Shown here: in pieces, positions 13,308-26,129 of the stretch
How positions within the stretch are numbered: the first letter of the stretch is position 1
How the letters are laid out: each line of letters opens with the position of its first letter
Assembly: GCA_965153455.1 (NCBI GenBank)
Contig: OZ234493.1
Location: forward strand, 32,664,213-32,728,212
From: Sphagnum compactum
Lineage: Eukaryota
Direction of reading: 5' to 3'
Length of the DNA stretch: 64,000 nt
Position numbers and translations under genes: made by a program
The notes under the pieces: model-generated
Told to the model about the DNA's origin: nothing
Databases searched by the model: none
What the model saw: the letters and a program-made list of their open reading frames with translations, nothing else

Positions 13308-15655
13308 TAATTCTCAAATTCACTATTGTCATGCTGGACCCATTTGTTCGCAATTATTGTTTGGAAACAATTATTTAACGTTCGTTCGAAGGGCTAACAG
13401 ACACAAAAATGGTACATAGAAAGTTCACATCACCTGACCAGACATACTACTTCACTCTTGATGTACAAGTAGCATAAAATAATTGCCAAATTTATCCTCA
13501 TGATTAATAAGTTGAAAAATCAAATGAATTGTGTAAGTTATATGACACAAGGGGAGTGAGAGAAGAAGTGAGCAGGCCAGCACTGTAGCTAGTCACTAAT
13601 ATGTGTGAGGAATTTTTCAAAAAAAAATTTTCAAAAAATTAAAAAATTAATATATATATATATATATAACATATTTTGAAAAATTAAAAAACATTATTTT
13701 GGAGGTACGTACCATCATCAAAGCACATGGCCAAAGACTAAAAGTGACACACAAAATTGCAGCAGCAGCACTGGCATGTTCCATCAACACTGGCAAGTTC
13801 GGGAAAGTAGTAATCAGTTAAACGACTTACTTCCCTTTGTTGGAGCGGGCCAGTGAATTTCAAGTCACCTAAAATATGCTTTTTGTACAAAGTTCTGAGT
13901 AAAGAACTTGACCATTGTGGGAGTAACTACACACATAAATAGGGAGTAATGTACTCGACCATAGTAGGGAGTAACTACACACATAAATATTCCTAGTAAC
14001 ATTATAAGGTACCCATTATTGGTCTAGGGTAATGTCCAAACAATGATAGTAAGTGCCAAAAATTATTCATATGAAAATAGCCTTGACAAAACCCATCAAG
14101 CTTGGCATTAGGCTAGTTGAGGACCAATACTCAGGAACATGCACTCAAAAATTATTATGGAGAATGTTTTACTTGCAATGCACTAAGGGTCATTAGTGGC
14201 TTCAAAAGGAATCCAATTAACATCCGATGTCAAAACAATGGCCTTTTTTTTTTTGGTTGGACCCTTGAGGAAATACATATCCAGCATTTGTAATAATAAT
14301 TAATAATAATAATTATTATTGTTGTTGTACATTTAATTGTGACCCCACTATTTTTAGTATGATTGTATTATTTGTTGAGTTTTACCCTGCCAAGCAAGAT
14401 CAGCAGCTCAGGTGTGAAACAAACACACAGTTTTGTTTTCATGTTTGTTGTCGGTTGCACAATTGTTGTAAATAGTGGGGTTTGCAGTTGTTGAGGGAAT
14501 AATGAATGTCACTCATAAACGTTTTCTTCCTTGTTATTTGCTTGGGGGTGTAACAAACTTGTGGGATCCAAAAAATAAAATAAAATAAAAATTATATATA
14601 TATATATATATGTAATTGAAAAAAAATTGTGTTGGTTGTAAGGCTATAACTTGTAACATGTTTCTGTTGTATTGCAAGTTTCATTTAACTCAAAAAAGAA
14701 AAAAAAATGTAACGCTTGGTTTCCAGTGCAAGTTACATTTGTACCCTGAAAAAACAAGGCAAAAATCCAACCCTTCTAAATAATAACCCTCAGTTATAGT
14801 ACCAGTTACTAATGGTGGTGTGGGCCCTGTTACTCGGAAATGAAGTTGTTGGTTGCATAATTGGCTCTTCCATTTAAATGACATCCATAAGGATGATAAA
14901 TATTCAACATACTCGACTGAGTGTCTATGTACTCTTTTCCTTTTGCAATAGGTTTTTCCTTATGTACTCCAAATAATAAATAATAATAATAATAAATTCA
15001 ACATACTAAATTGGAAACACATGGTGGTTGATAAGCATGATGAAGACCAGGTGGATCCTTTTTAGTTATGCCTCCCCCCCCCCCAAATGTTTCTATACCG
15101 AAGAATACCTTCTTTTTCACAGCTTCAAATTCAAATATGTGTCTATTGAATAACCTTTTTTCATTTTGAAAAAAAAAAATCTTTAAGATCAAACATTTCC
15201 CTCCACAAATTTTTGTTCTTTTGAAACAGCCATAAATAAATAAAAATTAGAATATTTCATTTTTCATTTATCAAAATAATATAATTAGTGTTCACATGAC
15301 CCTAGAATGTAAGGATACCAAACTTTGGCCCATTTTCCACGGCACAACACAAATGTCTCTACTCTAAAGCCTTTAGTCTTTTGGTCTTTAGTCTTTACAC
15401 CCCCCCCCCCCCCACCCCCACCCCAAATGAATTCAGGGGCAGAGCCAAAAATTAGTAGAGTAGTTGGGCAGTGGGTCGAAAATTAGTTGTAGGTCGAAAA
15501 TCTCTTCTGTAGTACAGAAACGTAGAAAGCAGAGAATGACGGTAGAGGAGAGGAAGAGAGCTATGGCGGACAAGCTTTGATTGTTCCTCATCATCATCCC
15601 CACTGCGCAAACAGATGAGCTTCGCTGCTCCAACCCTTGGCTGTTGCTGCTGCTT

Positions 15656-15660
<5 letters not shown>

Positions 15661-15702
<42 letters not shown>
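15661..15702. repeat. (CT)21 microsatellite in the promoter/5' leader of the ARM gene
   Basis: Direct observation. GA/CT tracts are common near plant transcription starts. Confidence 0.9.
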
Positions 15703-15706
<4 letters not shown>

Positions 15707-16277
15707 CTTTAGCTGCGCCAGACTTGGTTGGTCATAGACACTCAGAGTGTACACATGATTTCAATTATGTCCAATGCATGCAAGAAAAGGTGAGTGATGA
15801 TGAGTGAGAAACAGATTCATGCAGCTGCCGGCCAGTTGAAGCGGAGTGATTTTAGCTTGCAATTTTGTTTCTCGCTGTGTTGCAGTTCGTTGTCACATTA
15901 GTGAAGTGTTTGCTGTTGAGCTGCGCACCCCCCCTTCCCCCCTTTCTTTTTGTTGTTGTTGCTGTTGCTTTGTGTGTGTGTTTGTTGCCAGAGAGTCTTT
16001 TAGCTGTTGAGCCGTTGTTATCGACGACGACAGTGGTGATCTTATTTTCTTCTGCATGAAGCTGCCGGCAGCATTCTATAGTGTGTGGAGTCTCTCCCTT
16101 TCTGAGAAGAAGTTTTTTGCTGGTTTTTCTTCTTCTCTCTCTCTCTCTCCTGTATTGGGAAAGTGAGCAGCTGGTAATTAGCGAGTGTCGAAGTGACCAA
16201 CAAATCGGAAATGTAGCTGTTGTCGAGCACTTTCGGAAAAAAATTGGAGTTACGTTTTTTTCTCTCAGAAAATGTGA

Positions 16278-19059
16278 ATGGTGCTTCGAGGTGGAGGAAG
16301 GGGACAAACTATGGTAGCTCGTGAAGAGGAAGAGGAAGAGGAAGAAGAAGAAGAAGAAGAAGTCATCTGCATCGACGGAGAGGCCGCCGGGGAGCAGGAT
16401 CACGAAGCAGCAGCAGCAAAGCTGCAAGAGGAGGGAAGTCTGCAATATCATGATGACATGAAGAACAACGTAGTCACTGCTGAGAAATTGCTGAGGCAGG
16501 CGCAACATCTACTCACCATCGTTGCCTCGCAGGCCTCTCTGGTGAAGGCATTCTTAGGCAAATGGATGGTCATAACTCCTCGCCTCTTGAAACTTCCTGC
16601 ACTCTTGAACGAGATGGCGCGACTCCGATACCTGTCTGACAACACAGTATGCAAAGAGCTTCTACAGGTAAATCATCATCGAGATCTTCTACATACATGG
16701 TGATCATTGTAGATCTTGATGATTTTACAGGAAAGAACGGCTTGTTGCATTATTGCAGCATTTGTACATACAGGCTCATGTGAAGAAATCATATTTAGCT
16801 TTTCTGGAAACACGTTCTTTCCTGTGGGTGCCATGAGCCATGCCCATCCCTTGCATGTATTGAGTCTCTCACATTCTTCCAAGAATTTTGTCTAGAGACC
16901 TTTCAGCCTTGTCTGTGTCTAGGGTTTGCAGGTCCTCAATATTCAGATGTTGTTGCACTTGTTTCAGACAGGTATTGTTTCATGGCGCACCTCTGATACC
17001 TGTCTGATGCCTACCTAAATGGGTGTCTTGAACTTGATGTGAGTGCAGGGGATTGTGATGACTTTGGAAGAGGCGCAAGTGCTTGCCAAGAAATGCACAG
17101 AGTTGAGTTATGGTGGCAAGCTTCAAATGAAGAGCGATCTGGATTCACTAGTGGGGAAGCTTGACTTTCATCTTCATGACTGTCAGCTGATGATTAAGAG
17201 TGGAATCATGCGAGAGAATCCTCTGGCAATCTGTAGAGTGACCCCTGAATCAACACGGGAGGCCATTCGCTGGGCCATCCGGGACCTGCTTTCACATCTT
17301 CAGATAGGAGGCACTGAGTGCAAGCAAAGAGCATTAGATAGCATGATTCGGATCATGGCAGAGGATGACAAGAACATCTTGATGGTTGCTGGCCAAGGTG
17401 CAGTCACAGTGCTTGTGCAATTGCTAGATGCCAGTCAGCCTTCAGTACGGGAGAAAGCAGCAGCTGCCATCTGTAAGCTGGCCTCAAATGATAGTTGTGA
17501 GTATCAGGTAGTGACTGAAGGAGGCATTGCTCCACTTGTTCGTCTTCTTGAGTCTGGGAGCTCCTTTGCTCAAGAGAAAGCAGCTGCTAGCCTGCAGGCA
17601 TTGTCAGCTGGTTCTGAGAATGCTTGCGCAGTAGCTGCACATGGGGGGATACCTGCACTGGTAGAGATCTGTCAACTAGGTACACCTGGGGCTCAGGCTG
17701 CTGCAGCAGGGGCTTTGAGGAACCTTGCAGCAGTACAGGAGCTCAGAACAATCATAGTGGAGGATGGGGCGATTTCTATTATCATCAACTTGGTCTCATC
17801 AGGCACACCCATGGCACAAGAGAATGCTGCCGCAGCTCTGCAGAACTTGGCAGTAAGTGATGACATGGTCAGGTGGTGCATTGTGAAAGAAGGTGGCATC
17901 CAACCATTGTTAAGATTTCTGGATAATGCCATTGATCCTCGGCGGCAGGAAGTATGTATGGGGGCACTGCGCAACTTAGCAGCTTGCAGTGCAAATACAG
18001 AAGCTCTCATTTCAGCAGGTTTCTTACCACGTCTTGTAGGTGTTCTCCAAAGTGGAGTGGTCACAGTGCAGCAGATTGCTGCTGCTTCTGTTTGTTACAT
18101 GGCATCATCATCAGAGACCAGGAGGTTATTTGGAATAGCCGGTGCTATTCCCCCACTAGTGAAGCTCCTGGGTGCAAAGACTTGTACTGCCCAAGAGTAT
18201 GCCGCACAGGTACTGTGTTGGTTGATTGCTAATCCAGAGATCCACAAATCTGAAATGTGGTTGAAGAGGCTAGCACATCATCACTCTGTTCCAGTTCTGT
18301 GAGCATGTGAACAGAATTTGCTTCTTATCAGGAAAGTAATTTTTTTTTGTGCCATTTGTGTGCAGGCATTGGCCAGCCTTCTCCTGGTAGAGGACAATCG
18401 GAAGCTCTTCATGTCTGAGGAATGGAGTGTTACTGGGCTAGTTCTGCTTTTAGACACACGGTTCCCAGGAGTTGCAAAGCAATTTCCAATCGCTGCATTA
18501 CACATACTTGCAAGCAATGCAAAATGTAGAAAGCAAATCATGGCTGCTGGTGCATGCTATCATCTGCGGGTGCTGGCAGATATGGAAATCACAGGAGCCA
18601 AGCGGCTCCTTGACCGCTTGGTCACTGGCAAGCTACGAACTTTAATTACTAGAACATGTAAGTATATATTTTACCCATCTCTGATTTCATTTTTTGCTCT
18701 TTTCTTCTCCTTGATTTCTTCTTCTGCAGCTCCTCAATACTATTAGAAAATACTTCAAACTTATACTTGGTGTGAGTGAGTTTTACAGAGTGTTTTAAGT
18801 CACAACAGGCTTTTGTTTCTCTGTTGTGGCAAGGCACTCTTAACACCAGCCTCATTTCAAGCATAAACATGATTTGAGTGGGGTAAATTTCTTGTAGCAC
18901 CAAACAATAGGTGGTATCCATCTGCTCATTGATTATGCTTTGATTTGTTTGAAAGAATCCTGGAACATATGTAGGCTTGGGGTCATCTAGACCAGAAAAT
19001 TTGATGAAGTGTTTGCTTTCAATGTTTCTGTGTGTTTTCCAGGGGGAAGACCTGCATAA
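16278..19059 (+). CDS. ARM (armadillo) repeat superfamily protein with acidic N-terminus; coding exons 16278-16667, 17049-18209, 18366-18657, 19043-19059 (~619 aa)
   Basis: Exon 2 encodes repeated ARM units (GGIAPLVRLL, EKAAAAL, GGIPALVEIC, ENAAAALQNLA, GAIPPLVKLL). All junctions are GT-AG with consistent phases (0,0,1). The short last exon gives ...RTWGRPA-stop and is the least certain. Alternative start ATG at 16311. Confidence 0.9.
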
Positions 19060-21109
19060 ATGTTCAACCATCCCACCATAATTGCTCTGTAACAGCCTCT
19101 TTGCCTGGAGACTTGGGGTTCACAGCTGACTGATTGAGCACCTTCTCTTTCACAACAAAACTGTAATGAAACTCTCAGCATGCAAAACTAAATTCCATGG
19201 GCCAGCAGCAGGGTTCAAAAAAGTCGTCTTGATAGCTGTTTATGGGGTGCAGCATCCTCATGCAGCAAACAACAGTAACTGTAGCAAGTGGCAGGCAGGT
19301 GGGTGGTGGACACAGACATGACAGTTCCTTCTTACATTCGTTTCATTTTATGCGCTGTAATATAATGCAGAAACGTGGCCATATAATTGACACACTTACT
19401 GTATGTTAATCCTAGTTTTAGATAGAAGCTTATTTGCAGATGCGGAACCTTGTGTGAAATACTAAAGGCAAATACCACAAAACCCAAATCATAGAACTGT
19501 GTCACCATTTATTTTAAACACAATTTATTTTCTGTTATGTTTTTGTCTTTTCTTTGCTGGGCGAATTTTTGCACTTGGTGACAGATACAAATCCAGTGCA
19601 ACTCATGTAAACGATTCTTGTGAAAAGAATGTAGCAAAGTCAGCAGATTTCTGAAGGGAAAATTTTCAAGTAGACAATAGATTCCAGCAAGTCACAAATA
19701 TATGACGGTATGTTTAGAACTTTCTACTTTCCTTTCCGACCTGTAGCCAAATTTGGCTAATTCCTCTTTCGGAATGTTGCTATATCACAAAATTGGAAAA
19801 AAAATAGAAACAAAAACCTACTTCCCACAAAGAATCAGTAATCTAGAAAAATAGATCTTCCAGGGGCACTTCACAAATCCACTTCCTCTGCAGCCAACCA
19901 TGCTGAAAATAGGCATAAATTAGAGAGAAACTGAACAATACACAATGTAGTAAATAGTAAGTACCACAACAGTATTTGCTGAACAATTAACATAATCATC
20001 ACTCTGCAAAAACATGATGATTTCAATTGTTAGGCAGTCCATGAGTACGACTCGTGAAAATGCCAGCCTACCTACTACCACTGTACAATTTTCCAGGCAT
20101 TTTGCAAAATGAAGAACAAACCTATGAGCTTTAAATCCTTTGAGCATATATGAAGGTCAATAACAGTAAGCTTGGTGCAAAACAGCTACCATTCATTGGA
20201 TGACTCATATCAACCTTCCAAGTGACATATTTTTTGCTATAAGAAATCTTGACCTATGTATATCAAGCAACTCATTTTGTCTTCTAGAGAAAATGTCCAA
20301 ACCATTTCAATTCTATTATTGTAGTATGCATATGTTCAAACACCTGGCATAATGTAAAGAAAACGCGTACATAGTGGTCTACATCAAATTTATATTGGTA
20401 TGGACTGCAGAATTACAGGAAAAAAATGCGAAGTTCAAAACATGACAGCTCCTGTCATCAAACCAAGAGATTGACATGAATCTGGAAACAAATTGTCCTT
20501 TTCACCTGTATTGAAAGGGTGCTTCCTTGCAGAGGTCTGAGTCTTGACTCTTGAGCATCTTATCTCTCTCTCTCCCCCATGAATTGAAGAGGTGGATAAC
20601 TTGATAGATAACCTCACAAGTTCTGCTGACACAGCTTGGTTGCCAAGATTCTCCTGCCATTATTGTTCCATACATCGGATGACTTATGGTTGACATAAGT
20701 GTGCAGTTGACAAATGCATTGTTTGACATATTTGGAACCAGAAGCAGTTATTCTTGACCCTTAGAAACAGTATAAAATAAAACGCTTGCTGCCCTCTGCA
20801 CAATTCTGTGGTGAGCATGTGCAAGATGGAAACTACTCCCAACATGAAGAGTGCTACAGACAGTGAAAAGCATTCAAGTACAGCAAAACAACTGTCAATG
20901 CAGAAACAAAATCAGGGTTGAAATCTAGTTATGGTTGTCTCATGTAATTAGTCAATAAAACAAACTACAATGCCAATGCTTTCCAGTGCCCTTGCTTTCA
21001 CATAACTGGTGAAATCTTCTGACAACAAAAGGGCAATTGAAAAAAGCCACATAAGAGATGCTCATCAGCATCCAACTGAGCCTGCTTGAACAATCTTTTA
21101 GAAAGATGG

Positions 21110-24100
21110 CTATGACTTGAGAAGGGGGGCAAGATGCTTGAAGGCTTGCTCATAAACAGGTTTCTTGAAGTCCACGGCCTGCATTTGCCACAGTTTGATC
21201 AGCACACTTGGTGCATAACAACTAGGAAATTTCAGAATCATGAACATTACATCAGACCACAAAGAGATCTACTGCATTTCAAATCATGAAGCTTATGTGT
21301 TCTAATGATGCATGATGATCTCACACTGAGCAATTTAGAAACTTATACACTTCCTCCTCAGAGAAAATTCCCTGACAACAGTTCAGAGGTAACCTTTGTG
21401 TCCATTCCGGCAAACTAAAACCATAATAACAAGAATGAGTGTTGTCATAAACTCGTCACTCACAATGTATCAGACCAGGAGTTTTCATCATGAATGACAG
21501 TAACTAGCTGCCAATACTCCCAATGGACTTCATCCACTCCTGACAGTGGATGTAAATAAGAATATAATAACCCACTCAAAATTTCAGGCAAGCAATTAAC
21601 AAAAGATCTGCACACTAATTTTTCCTAACATCTTCAGAAACAGGAAGACTCGATGATGATGTTGGCTAGCACTCCACAGACATAGCAAGACAAAGGAAGC
21701 TCAGAATTGCAGCTAGAGACATAGCAAACAGCCATGCAATGGCAACAAAGAAAGCACATACATTACTAATGACTTCTTCCACTGGCAACCATTTCCACTC
21801 AGAAAACTCTGCCACTTCTGAGCCATCACCGGCCAGGTTGATCTCACTTTCATCCCCAGTAAACCTGAACAAAAACCTGTTGCACACACATATACTGGAT
21901 GAGCATAATCCAACAAGAAATTTCCTAAGCTGTTAAGAACCTCTAACCATAAATTGCTTCAGAATCCATGTCCCAAAGAAGCATTGTGAGAGATGAATAG
22001 TCCCCAAATTACCATTTCTGAGCCTGTCCTGTCCATTCCCTCCCCCACAATGCTGTGATCTTTGCCTTCACATCAGGTGGAAAGTCATATGTTAACCAGT
22101 CTGGGACCTGCAGAGGATGCAACGTCAGAACGCATAAACACAGTTTCACTGCATTATGCCAATTTTTGGTCAGAGTTGGCAAGATAGAATTTGTTGATAG
22201 CTGGGAGGGTGCATTTGCATATATCTGTTAAAAGAAACAGAATTGGCAACCATTTTATGTGCCCTCTTTCATTTTTTCTTTACACATCTGAACCCCAAAA
22301 CTCAGGACTTAAAAACACAGGGAGTCCAAAAATATCACCAACTGACTTATTACAGTTGCAAACTGTCCAAAAATCCATAGAAGTTTTGGAAATGTCAGAT
22401 ATTTGCTCACATGACATCTCTCAAGCTCCTCATCTTTCACTCAGTAAGTATCATGCAAGTAATCCTCAGCTACAGAAAAGACCTTTCAGTGGAGTGACTG
22501 TAATCAGGCAAAAATGATGTGCACAGGGCATAAAGATACTCCATACCTCCCCAAGAACTTCAGCAGAGACAACACCTGTCTCCTCCCTCAGTTCCCTAAA
22601 TGCAGCGCCCAGAGGGTCTTCTCCTTCATCCACCCCTCCCTGCACTACCCCAGCTCTCAACCACTCCTATCCATTTACCACGATGCTTTGTCCTCTTTCT
22701 ACCACATCTAGCTCATCACATGGAGACACATGCATCTGTACCCAGGGGCATGTAACATGGTTATTACATTTCACAGGCTACAAAAGTGGCTAAACTGCTT
22801 CACCCCAACTATGGATCTCTGAGCACCAATCTTCAACCATAGTTCCACTGCTCAATTGCATGTTGGAAAACAGTATGTTGGCTATATTCATCAGCTGAAC
22901 CCATAAAAACAAATTTCTTGTTTTCTGAATTCCTTTTTTTCTGAGTGGAGCGAAGTCAGACCACAGAAAGCCAAAACACAATACCTGCGGCATTTGCCAG
23001 GCTCCAGGAACATCTACTCGTGAGGCCACAAACACCTGCAATCAACTCAGTTGTAATTCAGATACAGAGCCGTTCAATAATAAACATGAAAACAGAAAAG
23101 CCCTGGAAACAAGGCAGCAGGTTCAAAATGTCTCAAGAAAGTCCCAATATTTCCTGCCAGGATTAGGACTCCAGAGTGATTTCTGCATCCACAAGCTGGA
23201 GAAGATGTGATGCTGGATAAGTACTTTGGCATGTCACAACTTGATGCAGAACAAGGTACAAACTACAAATCACGGCTGAAACAGCAAACTTGACTAGTAG
23301 CAAACATGGCACTGGTCAGTGAAAAAGCTCCAGGAATTTTTTTTGAGCAAGCTCTAACCTGAGGTTCTTCTTGATATCTATCTCTAAAGGACCAGACATA
23401 CTTGCCCCTTGGCAACGAGTGGAGGTAAGATCGAACTGTAAAGTCTATGTCAGGGGACGACTTCATCATCAGACGTTTGCAATGACATGGACAATCCATG
23501 GCACCAGAGAAGAACGCCTTGAAACAACTCCATCGACAGAGGTTTGTAATGAGAAGTCAGAGAAGAATGCCTTGAAACAAGATGACACAAATATTCCAGA
23601 CCGAAATTTGGTATGCAGACACAGAGTCGAAATGGCGCAACCGATCCGAACATTCGCTCACAATTGCAGTGGAAATCTTAACCTTTTTTCTTTCTTTCTT
23701 GTTTTCCCCCACTGAACACGGCAAGGTCCAGGAGAAGAGTTACCTCATTTTTGGAATTGACAAGACAGACGCCTACATTCGCACGATAATCGGGAGGAGG
23801 AGAATTGCAAGCTGCAGCCATGGATAATAACGACGACGACGAGTGGAATGAGCGACGCCTGAGTCGTAATTCAACGACAAACTCCTCCGGATTCCTCCTG
23901 GACCTCGGAATAGACAGGCTCCTCCTCCTCCTCCTCCTCGTCCTGCTGGAACGCCAAACTGCAGCAGCAGCATCAACTCCACCAACTATTATCCGCGAAC
24001 TCACGGCATGATCATCGTCATCATCATCATCACCATCATCCAAGGACAAATAGCGACTGATCATACGGGGACAAAAGAGTGCAGGTACAAGCGCAGTTGA

Positions 24101-24217
24101 AGAAGCTATGGCTATGGCCGAACAAGGAGGTTCGAAAAAAGATGTAGAGGGCAAACGCACAGGGAGGGAAGAAGGCAATGGTAAGGCCAGCAACATCGCC
24201 CTCACTCTCACCATCAT
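21110..24217 (-). CDS. Nudix hydrolase, plant NUDT25/26/27 (RppH/Ap4A-hydrolase-like) group; exons 24217-23744, 23035-22985, 22639-22547, 22107-22013, 21876-21762, 21178-21110 (~298 aa)
   Basis: The spliced protein contains PPPDYRANVGVCL, VFVASR, AWQMPQ, the Nudix box GGVDEGEDPLGAAFRELREETGV, VPDWLTYDFPP, GQAQKWFL, EFSEWKW and AVDFKKPVYE. Junctions are GT-AG and total length is 897 nt. The start codon is uncertain (24217, 24214, 24196 or 23821). Confidence 0.92.
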
Positions 24218-24329
24218 CGCTGTGTGTGGTTGATTCGCCCTAGCATCAGGCCGCTGGTAACTAGGTACCAGTAGCCTGCCTGGTGGTGGCCTTGCTCGCT
24301 CGCAAGTGATTGTCGGTTCGAACTCCCAA

Positions 24330-25030
24330 CCTCGTTTTTTTGGCTGGCTATATGTAGCCAAAATGGCTATATTAAAAATAAAAAGTGTGCTTTTTGAGAT
24401 TTTCAGATAGCCATAATTCGACAATAATTTAAGAAAAATAGCCAGATTTCTGTACTTGGTTCAGGTAGGTAGCCAAAATCTATAAAATGGATTTTTTTTT
24501 TAAAAACCATATGCAGCTTGGAGCAAATTTGGCTAAATATTCCTCTGGATCATTGCCACTGTGGCTATAACATAAAATTGCCAAAAAAAATACCAGTCCT
24601 CACTTTTTAAATATCCTTCTGTATTTTTGGCTTACATACTTGAACCATGTGTAGAAATCTGGTGATTTTTATTTTTAAAATTCGAATTATGGCTATCAAT
24701 TTTTTTTATTTTAAAACACTTGATTTTAGGACTTTCAAATTTTTTAATAGCTTTTTGTCTACACATAGCCAGCCCAAAAAAAAAAAGGTGGAAAGTAAAT
24801 ATGTGTGTGTCTTTCTATAGTTTTTTTTTTCCAATTTTGTGAGGCAGGTGGACAAGGGGACTTAGCCAACTTTGGTCACAGGCCACATAGGAAAGTAGAA
24901 GAATTTTAGAACTTTGCTATATTTTGGCGACATGCTACTACAACCTATAGTCTAAATCTGGCGATTTCAAAAAATAAAATCCTTGACAGATGATGACTTT
25001 GAGCCAGTTTTTCCCAAAAAAACTCCTTTG
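24330..25030. repeat. Cluster of an abundant dispersed repeat family (TAGCCAAATTTGGCTA / CACAAAATTG motifs), with relatives at ~5960-6230, ~19555-19805 and ~57230-57500
   Basis: Shared blocks include CAATTTTGTGAGG.AGGTGGA, GACATGCTA..ACCTATAGTCTAAATCT and GCCAAATTTGGCTAA. Segments 24336-24365 and 24750-24785 are mutually inverted. Confidence 0.65.
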
Positions 25031-26129
25031 TCACTAAAAATTTGGTAGTGGACTTGCTTTGGACTCACCTTAGATTCACATAGCCAGGACTTGAAAGAAG
25101 GCACCATCCTATAATTCTCCATGAGGATTACCTTAAAATGTTTCAATTTTTTTTGGTAGTCCCAAATAAATTCCTAAACAATGACACATAATGTTTATAT
25201 CTTTGAAACATCATAACATCCCCAAAACATGTTTTTAAGCATGTGATTTCACAATTTAACAGTTTTCATTGAGACCTTTCCAATGGTCAAGAGAAAGCCC
25301 AATTTGGGTAAAGTTTGATCCAGTTTTGTTTTGGGCAAAAGCACGGAAACACTTGTTTGTAACTGCATTTTCTCAAGCTCCGAGGAACACCATCACTAGC
25401 ACCAGCATTGAGAGCAGAACAACTCTCCCAAACCGATTCCCACCTAGGTCGGGCCCACCATCGCCACAGTCCTCGCTGCAACGCCAGAGCCAGAGACGGC
25501 AGGGTGGGGCACGGCAGAGGCTAAAGGGCGTTGGCTTTTACCAACGACGGGCCCGCCATCGCTGGAGAAGAAGGGGAGTAGCAGAAACAACAAGTCCCAT
25601 GGTCATCTATCTTCCTTGAGTGTCTACCACCGCTGGTGATTAATGAGCTGCGAACCAAGAGCAAAAGTTGGTGGGTACGGAGATGAGATGTTGGAACTTC
25701 TGTCAGCGCAACCTCTGCTGCTGCTAAAAGTAGTAGTTTCTGCCATCGCTGAGCAGCAATAACAACAACCTTGCGCTGGGCACAAACGCTAGCAAGGATA
25801 GTTCCAGGTTCTTGGTTTTGACTTCTAAGGCCTTTTTTTTTTTTTTTTGGGAGGGTGGGGGAAGGATGTAAAAGTAGATGGTGAAAAAAGTAAATTCTCT
25901 TTTTTGGTCTCTTTCTCTCTTCTCTTTTCTTATGTTCTCTAAACGCTAAACCTCTTCTCTTTTGTTCTCTTCTCTTTCTCTTCTCTTCCTTGAACCCTAA
26001 ACCTCATCTCTTCTCTTGTCCAAACCTCTTTTCTTCTCTTCTTCTTCTCTTCTTTAAACCTTAGACCTCTTCTCTTCTTTAAACCTTAAACCTGCTCTCA
26101 TTTCTTCTGTTTCACTTCTCTAAACCGTA

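Noticed and set aside
15852-16508. 218-aa minus-strand ORF
   Set aside because: Antisense to ARM exon 1 and its leader; low-complexity poly-F and ER runs derive from microsatellites.
23316-23470. Possible intronic C/D snoRNA in Nudix intron 1 (minus-strand ATGATGA ... CTGA)
   Set aside because: No terminal stem or recognisable rRNA/snRNA antisense element was found, and these short boxes arise by chance.
24218-24424. Upstream extension of the Nudix ORF to 24424
   Set aside because: Starts at a non-ATG codon and runs into a dispersed repeat, so it is not considered coding.
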